From an uncultured Chloroflexia bacterium (lineage in GTDB: Bacteria; Chloroflexota; Chloroflexia; Thermomicrobiales; UBA6265), in assembly GCA_963724295.1 (NCBI GenBank), contig CAVRUC010000002.1, forward strand, positions 96,001 to 160,000: a DNA stretch of 64,000 bases, given 5' to 3'. Made by a program: the position numbers and the translations under genes. This document shows, piece after piece, positions 21,081 through 30,490 of this stretch. How positions within the stretch are numbered: the first letter of the stretch is position 1; each line of letters opens with the position of its first letter. The notes beneath the pieces were generated by a model. That model was not told where the DNA came from and ran no database searches. It saw only the letters and a program-made list of their open reading frames with translations.

Positions 21081-22073
21081 GTGACGACGACAGCGCTCGA
21101 TCAAGGAATGATCCCCCACTTCCAGGTTCTTCCTGACTGGGAGCGCCTTCCCGCGGGATACCAGCACGGCGACGTGGTCGGGGTCGCCGTCGATTCCGGT
21201 GATCGCGTCTTTGTGCTGACCCGCCGCGATGCCCGCTGCATCATCTACGAGCCCGATGGAACGTTCGTCCGCTCCTTCGGTGAAGACGTCTTCACCGAGC
21301 GCATCCACGCCCTGACCATCGACGCCGATGATTTCGTCTACACCGCCGACGACGGCGATCACACCGTTCGCAAGTTCTCCCCCGATGGCGCGCTCCTGAT
21401 GACGTTGGGCACGCCGGGTGTCCCCTCCGACACCGGCTACGACGGCAAGGTCACCAGCAGCATCAAGCGCCTGGGTCCGCCGTTCAACCGGCCGACCAAA
21501 GTCGCGATCGGGCCGAACGGCGACATCTTTGTCTCCGATGGCTACGGGAACGCTCGTATCCATCGCTTCTCATCCGCCGGGGAGCTGATCGAGTCGTGGG
21601 GCGAGCTCGGGAATGGCCCGGGGCAGTTCAACGTCCCGCATGGCGTCTGGGTCGCCGATGACCGCGTCTTCGTGGCCGACCGGGAGAATGACCGCGTCCA
21701 GGTCTTCAGCCTGGGCGGCGAGCTGCTGGAGATCTGGGACCACGTCCAGCGGCCAACCGATATCTACGTCGACTCCCGAGGGCTGGTCTACATCTCCTCG
21801 CTGTGGTGGCCGGCCGGGGCGACGGACATGGGAAGGCCACCCTGGAAGTACGACCTCCCCGGCGGCGTCTACGTGCTCGATCTTGCCGGAAACGTGCTGC
21901 TGCATTGGTGCAGCGCCGATCGCTGCGCGCCTGGCGCATTCGTCGCGCCGCACTGCATCACGGCCGACTCCCGGGGTGATATCTACGTCGGCGAGGTGAC
22001 CTGGACCTACGGCCTGCCGAGAGGCTACGACCCGGAAACCTGCCACACCCTCCAGAAGTTCACCCGGCTCTGA
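21081..22073 (+). CDS. NHL-repeat protein (peptidyl-alpha-hydroxyglycine lyase-like)
   Basis: FNRPTKVA, SDGYGNARIH, GQFNVPHG, ADRENDRVQ. Confidence 0.85.
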   Translation: MTTTALDQGMIPHFQVLPDWERLPAGYQHGDVVGVAVDSGDRVFVLTRRDARCIIYEPDGTFVRSFGEDVFTERIHALTIDADDFVYTADDGDHTVRKFSPDGALLMTLGTPGVPSDTGYDGKVTSSIKRLGPPFNRPTKVAIGPNGDIFVSDGYGNARIHRFSSAGELIESWGELGNGPGQFNVPHGVWVADDRVFVADRENDRVQVFSLGGELLEIWDHVQRPTDIYVDSRGLVYISSLWWPAGATDMGRPPWKYDLPGGVYVLDLAGNVLLHWCSADRCAPGAFVAPHCITADSRGDIYVGEVTWTYGLPRGYDPETCHTLQKFTRL

Positions 22074-22176
22074 GGCTATTGGCTATCGTCTGGCTCTAGC
22101 TTTGGCTGCTGGCTCGCGACAAGTGGAGCGCCGTCCCCAACCAGTGCCATCCCGACGAGCGAGTCATCCCAAAGAC

Positions 22177-22668
22177 CGTGTCATCCCGACGAAGGAGGGA
22201 TCTCGTCGGCGTCAGGATCGGGATGCATGGGTGACAATGACAATCAGCCACAACCGGCGCCATCCTGCAAGAAGCGTCCCTGAGAGTGAGCCATGTCGCA
22301 ACACACTTATTGGGTGTACATCATGACTAACCAATCGGGAACCCTCTACATCGGCGTGACGGCCAACCTCCCGCGCCGAGTTTACGAGCACCGGCATCGG
22401 TTGGTTCCGGGATTTGCCACGCGCTACAAGATCGACCAACTCATCCATGCCGAAGAGTTTTCCGAGGTGCGCGACGCAATTGCTCGAGAAAAGCAGATCA
22501 AGGCGTGGCGTCGTTCACACAAAGTGGCGTTAGTCGATAGCGCGAATCCCGAGTGGAACGACCTCGGAGAGGAGTGGTTTGGGCCGAGAGACGCTATGTG
22601 ACCGGGACCACCTACGGTGCCGTACGATTGGAAGGACGACGAGATCCCTCCTTCGTCGGGATGACACG
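22177..22668. mobile_element. GIY-YIG gene bounded by 32-bp perfect inverted repeats
   Basis: cgtgtcatcccgacgaaggagggatctcgtcg at 22177-22208 and its exact reverse complement at 22637-22668. Confidence 0.75.
22293..22601 (+). CDS. Small GIY-YIG endonuclease (UPF0213-like)
   Basis: YWVYIM..GTLYIGVT.NL.RR..EH; AIAREKQIK.WRR..K..L...NPEW.DL. Confidence 0.92.
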   Translation: MSQHTYWVYIMTNQSGTLYIGVTANLPRRVYEHRHRLVPGFATRYKIDQLIHAEEFSEVRDAIAREKQIKAWRRSHKVALVDSANPEWNDLGEEWFGPRDAM

Positions 22669-22759
22669 AACTGCATGGCGCTGCATTGAGGTGTGCGGAA
22701 TCTTGCCGGACCCGGCGCATCAGTTTCCAGATGTCCGCGGGCACCGAATGCACCGCTAT

Positions 22760-23248
22760 TCACACCACTGATGGCGCTCGTTGCTCGGCGAGTTTCGCGA
22801 GTTGCTCCACGACCGTGCCCCACCCGTCGGCGAAACCCATTTGTTCGTGCATGGCCCGGTCGGCCCCGCTCTTGTGCATCACGTGGGCGACGTACTCCGT
22901 GCCCTGCGGATGCTCCTGTAGCGTGATGATCGCCGTCATAAATGGATGCTCTGCCGGTCTCCACCCCCCGAGCAGGGCATTGGTAAAGACGATCCGTTCG
23001 CCATCGACGATCTCCAGGAAGCAACCGCTCAGGTGTGGCACGAACTCGCCGCCGTCCTCACTGATCTGGGTCTCGAACGAGCCACCAGGGCGGAGGTCCA
23101 TTTCCAGGACCTTGCACCTCGCCGGCGCCGGAACCCACCACTGCTCGAAGCTCGAGGGATCCGTCCATGCGCTCCAGATCACCGACCGCAGCGCCTTGAT
23201 GACGCGCGATATCGTCAGGTCGAGATCCGGGTTGACCGATCGCATCAT
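22760..23248 (-). CDS. SRPBCC/AHSA1-domain protein
   Basis: W.AWTDP, DLRPGG, ERIVFT, GF.DGW; ATGA-coupled to ArsR. Confidence 0.88.
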   Translation of the reverse strand: MMRSVNPDLDLTISRVIKALRSVIWSAWTDPSSFEQWWVPAPARCKVLEMDLRPGGSFETQISEDGGEFVPHLSGCFLEIVDGERIVFTNALLGGWRPAEHPFMTAIITLQEHPQGTEYVAHVMHKSGADRAMHEQMGFADGWGTVVEQLAKLAEQRAPSVV

Positions 23249-23589
23249 TCCTGTGTTTCCTCCACGCCGATTGCTTCGACAAACTGCTGGAGCCGGTCGG
23301 TGCGGCCTTCCCAGATGGCGCGTTGCCCGGAAAGCCATCGTTCGACGGCAGCAAATGACTCTTCTTCGATGGCGCAGATCCGCACGCGACCCACTTTGCG
23401 CGTGCGAATCCATCCGCTCTCTTCAAGGAAACGGATGTGCTGCATGAACGAGGGCAATGCCATGTCGAACGGCTTCGCCAGATCGCTGACACTGGCGGGG
23501 CCGCCCCCCAGCCGCCCCAGCACGGCCCTGCGGGTAGGGTCGGCAATCGCCTGGAAGATCCCGTTCAGCTGCCTCGCATCCTGCTCCAT
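23245..23589 (-). CDS. ArsR/SmtB-family regulator
   Basis: FQAIADPTRRAVL, QHIRFLEESG, KVGRVR. Confidence 0.92.
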   Translation of the reverse strand: MEQDARQLNGIFQAIADPTRRAVLGRLGGGPASVSDLAKPFDMALPSFMQHIRFLEESGWIRTRKVGRVRICAIEEESFAAVERWLSGQRAIWEGRTDRLQQFVEAIGVEETQE

Positions 23590-23596
23590 GCCGGCC

Positions 23597-23637
23597 ACAA
23601 TATCATTTGATATTAGTTAGGTCAATGCCTAACTAAT
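23597..23637 (-). promoter_or_regulatory. Sigma70-like promoter overlapped by a 10-6-10 palindromic operator
   Basis: Minus strand TTGACC-N17-TATTGT; ATTAGTTAGG-N6-CCTAACTAAT at 23612-23637. Confidence 0.75.
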
Positions 23638-23747
23638 GGCTTCCTGTTCGGGTCGGGGATCGGTACGCTAACCGGGCCGGCTGAGTCCCAACCCAGACAC
23701 GTTCTTCAAGCCCATCCAGGAATCCGAGCGATAAAAGCAATAGCGAT

Positions 23748-23784
23748 ATTGACAAAATCAATCATCCATTGATACTTTATCAAT
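23748..23784 (+). promoter_or_regulatory. Two tandem ATTGA...TCAAT palindromes over a TTGACA promoter
   Basis: ATTGA-caaaa-TCAAT (23748-23762) and ATTGATA-ctt-TATCAAT (23768-23784). Confidence 0.7.
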
Positions 23785-23861
23785 CTTGATCTGCGGCGAG
23801 GGCGATCTTGTCGACCGCCGGAGTGACTTCAGAGGATCTGCGGCATGAGGGAGCCTTGCGT

Positions 23862-24266
23862 GTGACACTGCATCCGGTCATCGGTCGCTGCCCCGTCTGC
23901 GGAGACGAGCTGGCGGTGACCCGGCTCCATTGTGGGAGCTGCGACACCCAGATCGAGGGGCGCTTTCAGCTCGGGCGCTTTCAACGTCTCAGCGCCGACC
24001 AGCTCGCCTTCGTCGAGGTCTTCGTCAAGAACCGCGGCATCATCAAGGACGTCGAGGCGGAGCTCGGCATCTCCTATCCGACCGTCCGCGCTCGCCTCGA
24101 TGACGCCCTGCGCGCGATGGGCTTCCCGGCCGGCGGCGAGGACGACCCGCGCATCTCTCCTCGAGAGGCCCGCACCCAGGCCCGCGAGGAGCGGCGCCGC
24201 ATCCTCGAAGAATTGAAGGAGCAGCGGATCACCGCCGATGAAGCGGCCCGCCGCCTCGCCGGCTAG
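23862..24266 (+). CDS. DUF2089 family (zinc ribbon + HTH) protein
   Basis: CPVCG..L.VTRL.CGSC.T.IEG.F; GISYPTVRARLD. Confidence 0.9.
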   Translation: MTLHPVIGRCPVCGDELAVTRLHCGSCDTQIEGRFQLGRFQRLSADQLAFVEVFVKNRGIIKDVEAELGISYPTVRARLDDALRAMGFPAGGEDDPRISPREARTQAREERRRILEELKEQRITADEAARRLAG

Positions 24267-24309
24267 TCCCACTCTGGACGCACCCCACCCGATTGAAGGA
24301 GATCACCCG

Positions 24310-24729
24310 ATGGTCGAATCCGTGCCCGTTCCTATTCGCTCATCCCAGCGCGATCAGCTTCGCGAAGAGCGCCTGGAGATCCTGCGCCTGCTCGAAGCCG
24401 GCACCATCACCGCTGACGAGGCGGCGACGCTGCTCGATGCCATCGATCGGGTCGCGGTCCCGCCACCGAACAGTGGATCGACTGCGCAGCGCAGCGCCGA
24501 GGCGCGCCTGGTCCGCATCCGGGTCACCGAGAGCACGACCGGACGCGTGGTGGTCAACCTCGCCTTCCCGCTCGGGCTGATCAAGTCCGGCCTCGACATC
24601 GCCGGCCAGTTTGTCCCGGAGTACTTGCCGAAGGTGGACGCGATTCGGGAAAGCGTCACCGCTGGTTTCCGCGGACCACTGGTCGACGTCGACGATGGTG
24701 GTCAACGGGTGGAGATCATCGCGGAATAG
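24310..24729 (+). CDS. SHOCT-like domain protein
   Basis: EERLEILRLLEAGTITADEAATLLDAI; RIRVT..VNL..P. Confidence 0.75.
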   Translation: MVESVPVPIRSSQRDQLREERLEILRLLEAGTITADEAATLLDAIDRVAVPPPNSGSTAQRSAEARLVRIRVTESTTGRVVVNLAFPLGLIKSGLDIAGQFVPEYLPKVDAIRESVTAGFRGPLVDVDDGGQRVEIIAE

Positions 24730-24796
24730 TTGGCGGCTCGGCGACCGCCGTTCTTGCCCCCGGAATGGGGACCGCCCAGCGCTCGGAGGAACTATC

Positions 24797-26083
24797 GTGA
24801 CGGACACTGCTGATACGGAAGGTCGGCGCGAGGAACGTATCCCGGTCGACCTCAACCAGCCGCTCGTGCTCGACGTCCACAATCCCAATGGCGACGTCAG
24901 CGTCCGTGCTACCGAGCGGACGGACGTGCTCATCAGCCATATCACACCCGGTTTTGGCGGAGACCCCGGCGACGAGGAGATCGGTATCGCGATCGACGCC
25001 CGCCAGAACCGGATCGAGGTCCGTGTCAACTCGGGCGCCGAAACCGGGTGGGCCGGCATCGCGGGAGACATCGATCTCGATACTGTCGTCGGAGAAATCG
25101 ATGCTGTCGTCGGACAGATCACGCGCGCATTCCGGCGCGGCGGCCACAGGGCCTCGGCCAGATCTGGCAGGGCGCGCGTCGCCGTTGGCCGCCATGCCTG
25201 GACCGACGTCACCATCGAGGTTCCCCAGGCGATCACCGGCCGGATCGGGGTCCACACCGCCTCCGGCGATGTCCGGGTCGAGGGCGTCACGAGCGAGATC
25301 GCGCTCAATACCGTGTCGGGTGACGTCCGGGTGATGCGCACCAGCGGCGATCTCGTGCTGCAGACCGCGAGCGGCGACCTTGCCATCGAGGGCGCGAGCG
25401 GTCGCCTCACCGCGCAAACCGCCAGCGGCGACGTCAATGTCACCTCGTTCCAGACCGAGGGTTTCGACATCCACACCGCCAGCGGCGATGTCCTCTTCAA
25501 CGCAATGCCGACCGGCAACGGTCCCTTCCGCTTCCAGACGGTGAGCGGTGACGTCCGCCTGGCACTGCGGCGATCGACCGCCGGTGGAACCGAGCCGGAC
25601 GCAACCCTCGCCTTCCACACGGTCTCCGGCGACGCCCACGTGACCCAACCGATCCGGAAAACCTCCCGTCGCCACTGGCAGGTCGGTTCAGGCGACAGAG
25701 GACCGCGCATCGACGTGACGACGGTCAGCGGGGACCTCGTCGCCGGGCTTGCGGCGGTGAAGAGCGACTTCGTTCCCTCCTCCACCCCGGCCTCACTGGC
25801 GGGCGATGTTCCACCGGCGCCTCCCGCGCCCCCCGCACCGCCGGCGCCGGCGAACGTCCCGTCGCAGCCATCCTCACCAACCGCACCGGCTCCGTTCACC
25901 ACGGGCAGGTCACGCGGTGAGGACGACGTCGTCGCGACCGATGCCAGACTGGAAGCGGCTCAGTCGCCCGCGGAGGAAGACGCCGTGCGCCTCGCCGTCC
26001 TGGAAGCCGTCGAGCGCGGAGAGATCGACGTCGAGGAAGCGCTACGACGACTCGAGGCGGTGGATTCAGTTCCAGGTACCTAG
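24797..26083 (+). CDS. DUF4097 beta-strand-repeat (putative adhesin) protein with C-terminal SHOCT-like motif
   Basis: Repeated T[AV]SGD[VL] units; Pro-rich linker; LAVLEAVERGEIDVEEALRRL. Confidence 0.85.
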   Translation: MTDTADTEGRREERIPVDLNQPLVLDVHNPNGDVSVRATERTDVLISHITPGFGGDPGDEEIGIAIDARQNRIEVRVNSGAETGWAGIAGDIDLDTVVGEIDAVVGQITRAFRRGGHRASARSGRARVAVGRHAWTDVTIEVPQAITGRIGVHTASGDVRVEGVTSEIALNTVSGDVRVMRTSGDLVLQTASGDLAIEGASGRLTAQTASGDVNVTSFQTEGFDIHTASGDVLFNAMPTGNGPFRFQTVSGDVRLALRRSTAGGTEPDATLAFHTVSGDAHVTQPIRKTSRRHWQVGSGDRGPRIDVTTVSGDLVAGLAAVKSDFVPSSTPASLAGDVPPAPPAPPAPPAPANVPSQPSSPTAPAPFTTGRSRGEDDVVATDARLEAAQSPAEEDAVRLAVLEAVERGEIDVEEALRRLEAVDSVPGT

Positions 26084-26150
26084 GAGCCGCTGGCCCCCCA
26101 GGGGACGCAACCCTATCCATCAGCAGTTCACGGCAGTGGAGAAGTCCGCC

Positions 26151-26396
26151 ATGTATCGCAGCACCTGGGAGCTCGACGCCTACGTCCGCCAGCACGTCGC
26201 TGACCTTGCCGAAGAGCGGCGGGCCTGCTCCCCGATTGCTCCCAGCGCTGATCGACTGCCAGGGCCAATCACCCAGCTTCGACACCGCCTGGGGATCGGT
26301 CTGATCAAGGTCGGCCACGCCCTTGCCGGGGTGGACGTGGGCCGGGGACTCCCTACGTCGCCTCCCCGGCCCGCGGCATGGGGATCCGGTTCCTAG
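26151..26396 (+). CDS. Small hypothetical protein
   Basis: 81-aa ORF after GGAGAAG, abutting the next gene. Confidence 0.5.
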   Translation: MYRSTWELDAYVRQHVADLAEERRACSPIAPSADRLPGPITQLRHRLGIGLIKVGHALAGVDVGRGLPTSPPRPAAWGSGS

Positions 26397-26918
26397 GTGT
26401 CCGGTAACGACCCTGATCTCTCCGTTGCCGTAGCCGGACCGCGGGACTGGCGGGACCTACGAGCGATTCGGCTGGAGGCGTTGCAGTCGGAGCCGGTCGC
26501 ATATTCCTCCTCGTACGAAGAGACGCTGGCCCGGCCGGACGAGCACTGGCGGCAACGGCTGGCGAGCGATCAGAGTGTGCACCTGCTTGCCAGAGCGCGC
26601 AGCCGCCCGATCGGCATGGTCGGCGGCTATCTAGGCGCCGATGAGGGAGATGAGAGCGTTGCCGTGGTCTTCGGCATGTACGTCACGAGTGAGTATCGAG
26701 GCCGGGGCATCGGCAGGTTGCTGCTCACCTCGTTGATCTATAGGTTGTCGGCGCTTCCGCACATCACCACGATCAGGCTCGGGTTTACCGAGACCCAGGA
26801 GCCGGCACGCGGGTTGTACGAGTCGATGGGATTCCAGGTCGTCGGCAAGACAGAGCACGGTATCGTGGTCGGTGACCGGCGTTACGATGAATTCATCATG
26901 GAACTTCGCGTTCGCTAG
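26397..26918 (+). CDS. GNAT-family acetyltransferase
   Basis: MYV..EYRGRGIG; A..LYESMGF. Confidence 0.88.
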   Translation: MSGNDPDLSVAVAGPRDWRDLRAIRLEALQSEPVAYSSSYEETLARPDEHWRQRLASDQSVHLLARARSRPIGMVGGYLGADEGDESVAVVFGMYVTSEYRGRGIGRLLLTSLIYRLSALPHITTIRLGFTETQEPARGLYESMGFQVVGKTEHGIVVGDRRYDEFIMELRVR

Positions 26919-26957
26919 AGCGGCTCGAAGAATCATCACGATGGAGCTGACACGCCA

Positions 26958-27491
26958 ATGAGACCGGAGCGCTTTCGCGCAATCGTCGCGGTCCACCTGC
27001 TGCTCCTGCGAGGTGAGGAAGTGTTGCTGTTGCGGCGCGCCAACACCGGGTACGAGGATGGCAACTACAGCGTGATCGCCGGCCACCTCGACGGCAACGA
27101 GACGGCGAGCCAGGCGATGGTGCGGGAGGCGGCTGAGGAAGCGGGGATCGTGGTGAGACCCGCGGATCTTCGCTTCGCCCATTTCATGCACCGTAGGGAA
27201 GCGGCCGACGTGGACGAGCGTATCGACCTGTTCTTCGCGGCAACCCGGTGGCGAGGAGAGCCCAGGATCGGCGAGCCGGAGAAGTGCGACGAGCTGCGCT
27301 GGGCGGCTCGCGATGCGTTGCCCACGAATCTGGTCCCGTATGTCAGGCTGGCCCTCGAGCAGGTTCGTCAGAACCGCCACTTTTCAGAGTTCTGGCCGAT
27401 CCTCGGTCCGGCCGCCGGTGCTCAGAGTGGCGGTGGACAACCTGAGGCGGCCGACGTTCCCGCCGGCGGGGACCCGGCGCCCCGGAGTTGA
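26958..27491 (+). CDS. NUDIX hydrolase
   Basis: AGHLDGNETASQAMVREAAEEAG Nudix box; EPEKC. Confidence 0.9.
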   Translation: MRPERFRAIVAVHLLLLRGEEVLLLRRANTGYEDGNYSVIAGHLDGNETASQAMVREAAEEAGIVVRPADLRFAHFMHRREAADVDERIDLFFAATRWRGEPRIGEPEKCDELRWAARDALPTNLVPYVRLALEQVRQNRHFSEFWPILGPAAGAQSGGGQPEAADVPAGGDPAPRS

Positions 27492-28147
27492 ACGTGGATC
27501 GGCAACACGTCGTCGCCCGTACCCAGGCGTTTGTTCGTGGGCAGCTTGCGGGCGAGGCCAGTGGTCACGATTGGTGGCATGTCCATCGTGTGTGGCGGAC
27601 CGCCATCGACATCGGTCGAGAGGAAGGCGTCGATCTCTACGTGGTGGAGCTTGCTGCCTTGCTCCACGACATTGCCGACGCGAAGCTCCATCATGGCGAC
27701 GAGGAGATCGGTCCCCACACCGCCGCGGCCTGGCTCCGTTCCCTCCACGTTGCCGAGCAGACGGTCGAACACGTGGCCGCGATCGTCCGGGACATGTCGT
27801 TCAAGGGCGCCGGTGTCCAAACGCCCATGCCGACACGGGAAGGGATGGTCGTGCAGGATGCGGACCGTCTAGACGCGCTCGGCGCGATCGGGATCGCGCG
27901 AGCCTTCGCCTATGGCGGGTTTCGCGGCCGGGTGCTGCACGACCCCGACTCCTCACCGGTACTGCATGCCACGGTTGAAGACTACTTCTCCCACCAGGGG
28001 TCAACCCTCAACCACTTCTCGGAGAAGCTTCTGCTGCTGAAGGACCGCATGAACACCGAGTCCGCGCGGCGGATCGCCAGCGAGCGACACCAGTTCATGG
28101 AGCACTTCCTGACCCAGTTCTCTGCCGAGTGGCACGGCCATTCGTAG
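27488..28147 (+). CDS. HD-domain phosphohydrolase
   Basis: GHDWWHVHRV, LLHDIAD, QDADRLDALGAIGIAR. Confidence 0.9.
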   Translation: MNVDRQHVVARTQAFVRGQLAGEASGHDWWHVHRVWRTAIDIGREEGVDLYVVELAALLHDIADAKLHHGDEEIGPHTAAAWLRSLHVAEQTVEHVAAIVRDMSFKGAGVQTPMPTREGMVVQDADRLDALGAIGIARAFAYGGFRGRVLHDPDSSPVLHATVEDYFSHQGSTLNHFSEKLLLLKDRMNTESARRIASERHQFMEHFLTQFSAEWHGHS

Positions 28148-28174
28148 GATTGTTGGCGATCCGCTATGTACGCT

Positions 28175-28240
28175 GGCCGACTGACAACTGACGACTGACC
28201 ACTCACGACTGGCCGTCTCGCCGTCTCGCCGTCTTCCATT
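28175..28240. repeat. 7/8-nt repeat array between convergent genes
   Basis: actgacaactgacgactgaccact; gccgtctcgccgtctcgccgtct. Confidence 0.7.
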
Positions 28241-28242
28241 GA

Positions 28243-28701
28243 TCACGCAATCTCGAAGATCGTCTCCACTTCGATGGGCACGTTCGACGGCAGCGCCTGC
28301 AAGCCGACCGCCGAGCGGGCGTGGACGCCGCGCTCGCCGAAGACCTCGTAGAGCAGCTCCGAGAAGCCGTGCATCACCTGTGGCGTCTGCTCGAAGCCGG
28401 GAACGCAGTTCACCATTCCCAGCACCTTGACCACACGGGTGATCCGATTCAGGTCGCCGATCACCGCCTTGGCCTGCGCCAGCTGCTGGATCGCGCACAG
28501 GCGCGCCGCCTGGTAGCCCTCCTCGACGCTGTAGGTCTCGCCGACGCGCCCATGCCACGGCTGTCCATCCTGAGCGGGCGGGGTGGCTCCGGAGAGGTAG
28601 AGGAGGTTGCCCGTGATCACCCCGGTCGCCATGGCCGGGTGAAACGATCGTGCCTCAGGCAGCTCGATGCCAAGTTCCTGCAGCTTCTCTTCGGGTGTCA
28701 C
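28243..28701 (-). CDS. RidA/YjgF family protein
   Basis: LLYLSG, RVVKVLGMVN, HARSAVG..LP..VPIEVE. Confidence 0.9.
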   Translation of the reverse strand: MTPEEKLQELGIELPEARSFHPAMATGVITGNLLYLSGATPPAQDGQPWHGRVGETYSVEEGYQAARLCAIQQLAQAKAVIGDLNRITRVVKVLGMVNCVPGFEQTPQVMHGFSELLYEVFGERGVHARSAVGLQALPSNVPIEVETIFEIA

Positions 28702-28725
28702 GCGCTTTTCCCTCCTCCATCAGAA

Positions 28726-28755
28726 AACCGGGCTGAGAGTACTCTCAGCCCGGTT
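28726..28755 (-). terminator. Intrinsic terminator after rpsU
   Basis: Perfect 30-bp palindrome aaccgggctgagagt|actctcagcccggtt with T-rich tails. Confidence 0.75.
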
Positions 28756-28801
28756 CTTTCACCTACACGTTGATGGTGCTGTGCTCTGAAGAAGCCAGCC
28801 G

Positions 28802-28987
28802 CTACGTCGTGGCGTTGCGGCGGCGGCGGCGCTCGGCCTTGCGGCGCTTCGCCCGGTTTTCTTCCTGAACGCTGATGAAGCGCAGGCCCCGGCGATGCTC
28901 GCGGATCACGCCCGAACGCTCGATCCCTTTGGTAAAGCGGCGGAAGAGCTGATCGAAGCCCTCCCCTTCGCGGAGTTCAACCCGCAT
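28802..28987 (-). CDS. rpsU: 30S ribosomal protein bS21
   Basis: 61 aa, V.LREGE.FDQLFRRF..G..RE.RR..F, basic C-terminus. Confidence 0.85.
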   Translation of the reverse strand: MRVELREGEGFDQLFRRFTKGIERSGVIREHRRGLRFISVQEENRAKRRKAERRRRRNATT

Positions 28988-29139
28988 GTTTCTGCAATCA
29001 CCCCCCCTCAGGGAGTCATTCTGGCCCGCGGGGACCCCACGGAACCTGGTACTACACTCAGGGACAACCCTGTATGATCGCCGGCATCGCGCCCGCGACC
29101 CAAGGCACAAGGATACCGTACGGACGGCATCTTGACGAG

Positions 29140-29220
29140 TGGGGGCAGCTATCGGCTATAGGCTTTCTCACGACTCGTCTTACCGACTTACTGACTTACC
29201 GACTTACCGACTCACGTCAC
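29140..29220. repeat. 7/8-nt repeat array
   Basis: gctatcggctataggct; (cttaccga)-type 8-mers about four times. Confidence 0.7.
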
Positions 29221-29233
29221 CCGAGGAGCTTCC

Positions 29234-30355
29234 ATGACTGCAACCGCGATCGCTGTGCAGCCGGCCATCGCCATCCATCCCGGTCAGGCCAACAGTCTGC
29301 ATCTCACCGAGATCCCGCGGGATGAGCCCGGTCCGGGCGAGGTACTGATACGTGTGCGGCAGGTCGGGATCTGCGGCACCGACCGCGAGCTGATCCACGG
29401 CTCGTTCGGCTCGGCGCCGGCCGGCGCAACATCGCTCGTGCTCGGTCACGAGTTGCTCGGCAAAGTGGAAGTCGTTGGCCCGGAGGTTTTCGACTTCACT
29501 CCCGGTCAACTCGTCACCGCCACCGTCCGCCGCCCGGACGGCTGCCCGGCCTGCATGGCAGGTCAGCCCGATATGTGCCAGTGGCTCGACTACACGGAGC
29601 GGGGCATCGCCGGGTTGCACGGATTCATGAGCGAGTCGGTGGTGGAGGACATCCGCTGGGTCGTCGCCGTGCCGCACGAGTTAGCGCACATCGGCGTTCT
29701 CGTCGAGCCGCTCTCGGTCGGCGAGAAAGCGCTGCGCCAGGCGAACCTCATCCAGCGCCGCCTCGCGTCCTGGGACCCAAAGACCGCGTTGATCCTGGGC
29801 GCCGGTCCCATCGGGCTGCTCGGCACGCTGCTCCTGCGCTCGCGCGGCATGGAGGTCGTGACCATGGCCCGACGCCCGGGACCGCATCTGACCTCGGAAA
29901 TTGTGGAATCCGCTGGCGCTCGCTATGTCGCGATGCAGGAGACCAGCATCCGCGAGGTCGCGGCAGGGATGCCCTCGATCGACCTCATCTTCGAGGCTAC
30001 GGGGAGCGCGGAACCGGGATTCGCGGCGATGGAGATCCTCGGCAACAACGGCGTGCTCGTCCTCCTTTCCGGTGCCTCGAGCCCGACCGAGTTGACCGTG
30101 CCGGCGGCGGCAATCAACGGCAGTCTGCTGCGCGGCAACAAAGTGGTGGCCGGCAGCGTCAACTCGGCGCGCGAGGATTTCGAGGCTGGCGTCGAAGACT
30201 TGAGTCGCTTTGAAACGCACTGGCCGGGGTTGACGAGTCGCCTCATCACCCGCCATCTCGATGGCCTTGACGACTACGCGCGGATCCTCGACAGGCCGGA
30301 GGGCGATATCAAGACGGTCATCGACGTTGACGAGGGATTTCGAGTGGCGGGGTGA
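29234..30355 (+). CDS. Zn-dependent glucose 1-dehydrogenase-like MDR
   Basis: GICGTDRE, LGHE, TVRRP, ERGI.G.HG, GAGPIG, GSVNS. Confidence 0.85.
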   Translation: MTATAIAVQPAIAIHPGQANSLHLTEIPRDEPGPGEVLIRVRQVGICGTDRELIHGSFGSAPAGATSLVLGHELLGKVEVVGPEVFDFTPGQLVTATVRRPDGCPACMAGQPDMCQWLDYTERGIAGLHGFMSESVVEDIRWVVAVPHELAHIGVLVEPLSVGEKALRQANLIQRRLASWDPKTALILGAGPIGLLGTLLLRSRGMEVVTMARRPGPHLTSEIVESAGARYVAMQETSIREVAAGMPSIDLIFEATGSAEPGFAAMEILGNNGVLVLLSGASSPTELTVPAAAINGSLLRGNKVVAGSVNSAREDFEAGVEDLSRFETHWPGLTSRLITRHLDGLDDYARILDRPEGDIKTVIDVDEGFRVAG

Positions 30356-30490
30356 ACGGGGGTGCCTCATGGGTGGCGGGGTCGCAGGGTGAACGATGGC
30401 CGACGCCCTCTCCCCGCACACCGTGAGCGCTGCGAACCATCACCCTATCACCACGAGCGGAGCGAGTAATCAGCACCTACACCCATCACC
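30345..30490. repeat. Modular repeat with GNA mini-hairpins between convergent genes
   Basis: gggtggcggggtcgcagggtg; ccgtgagcgctgcgaacc; cacgagcggagcgagtaatca. Confidence 0.7.
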
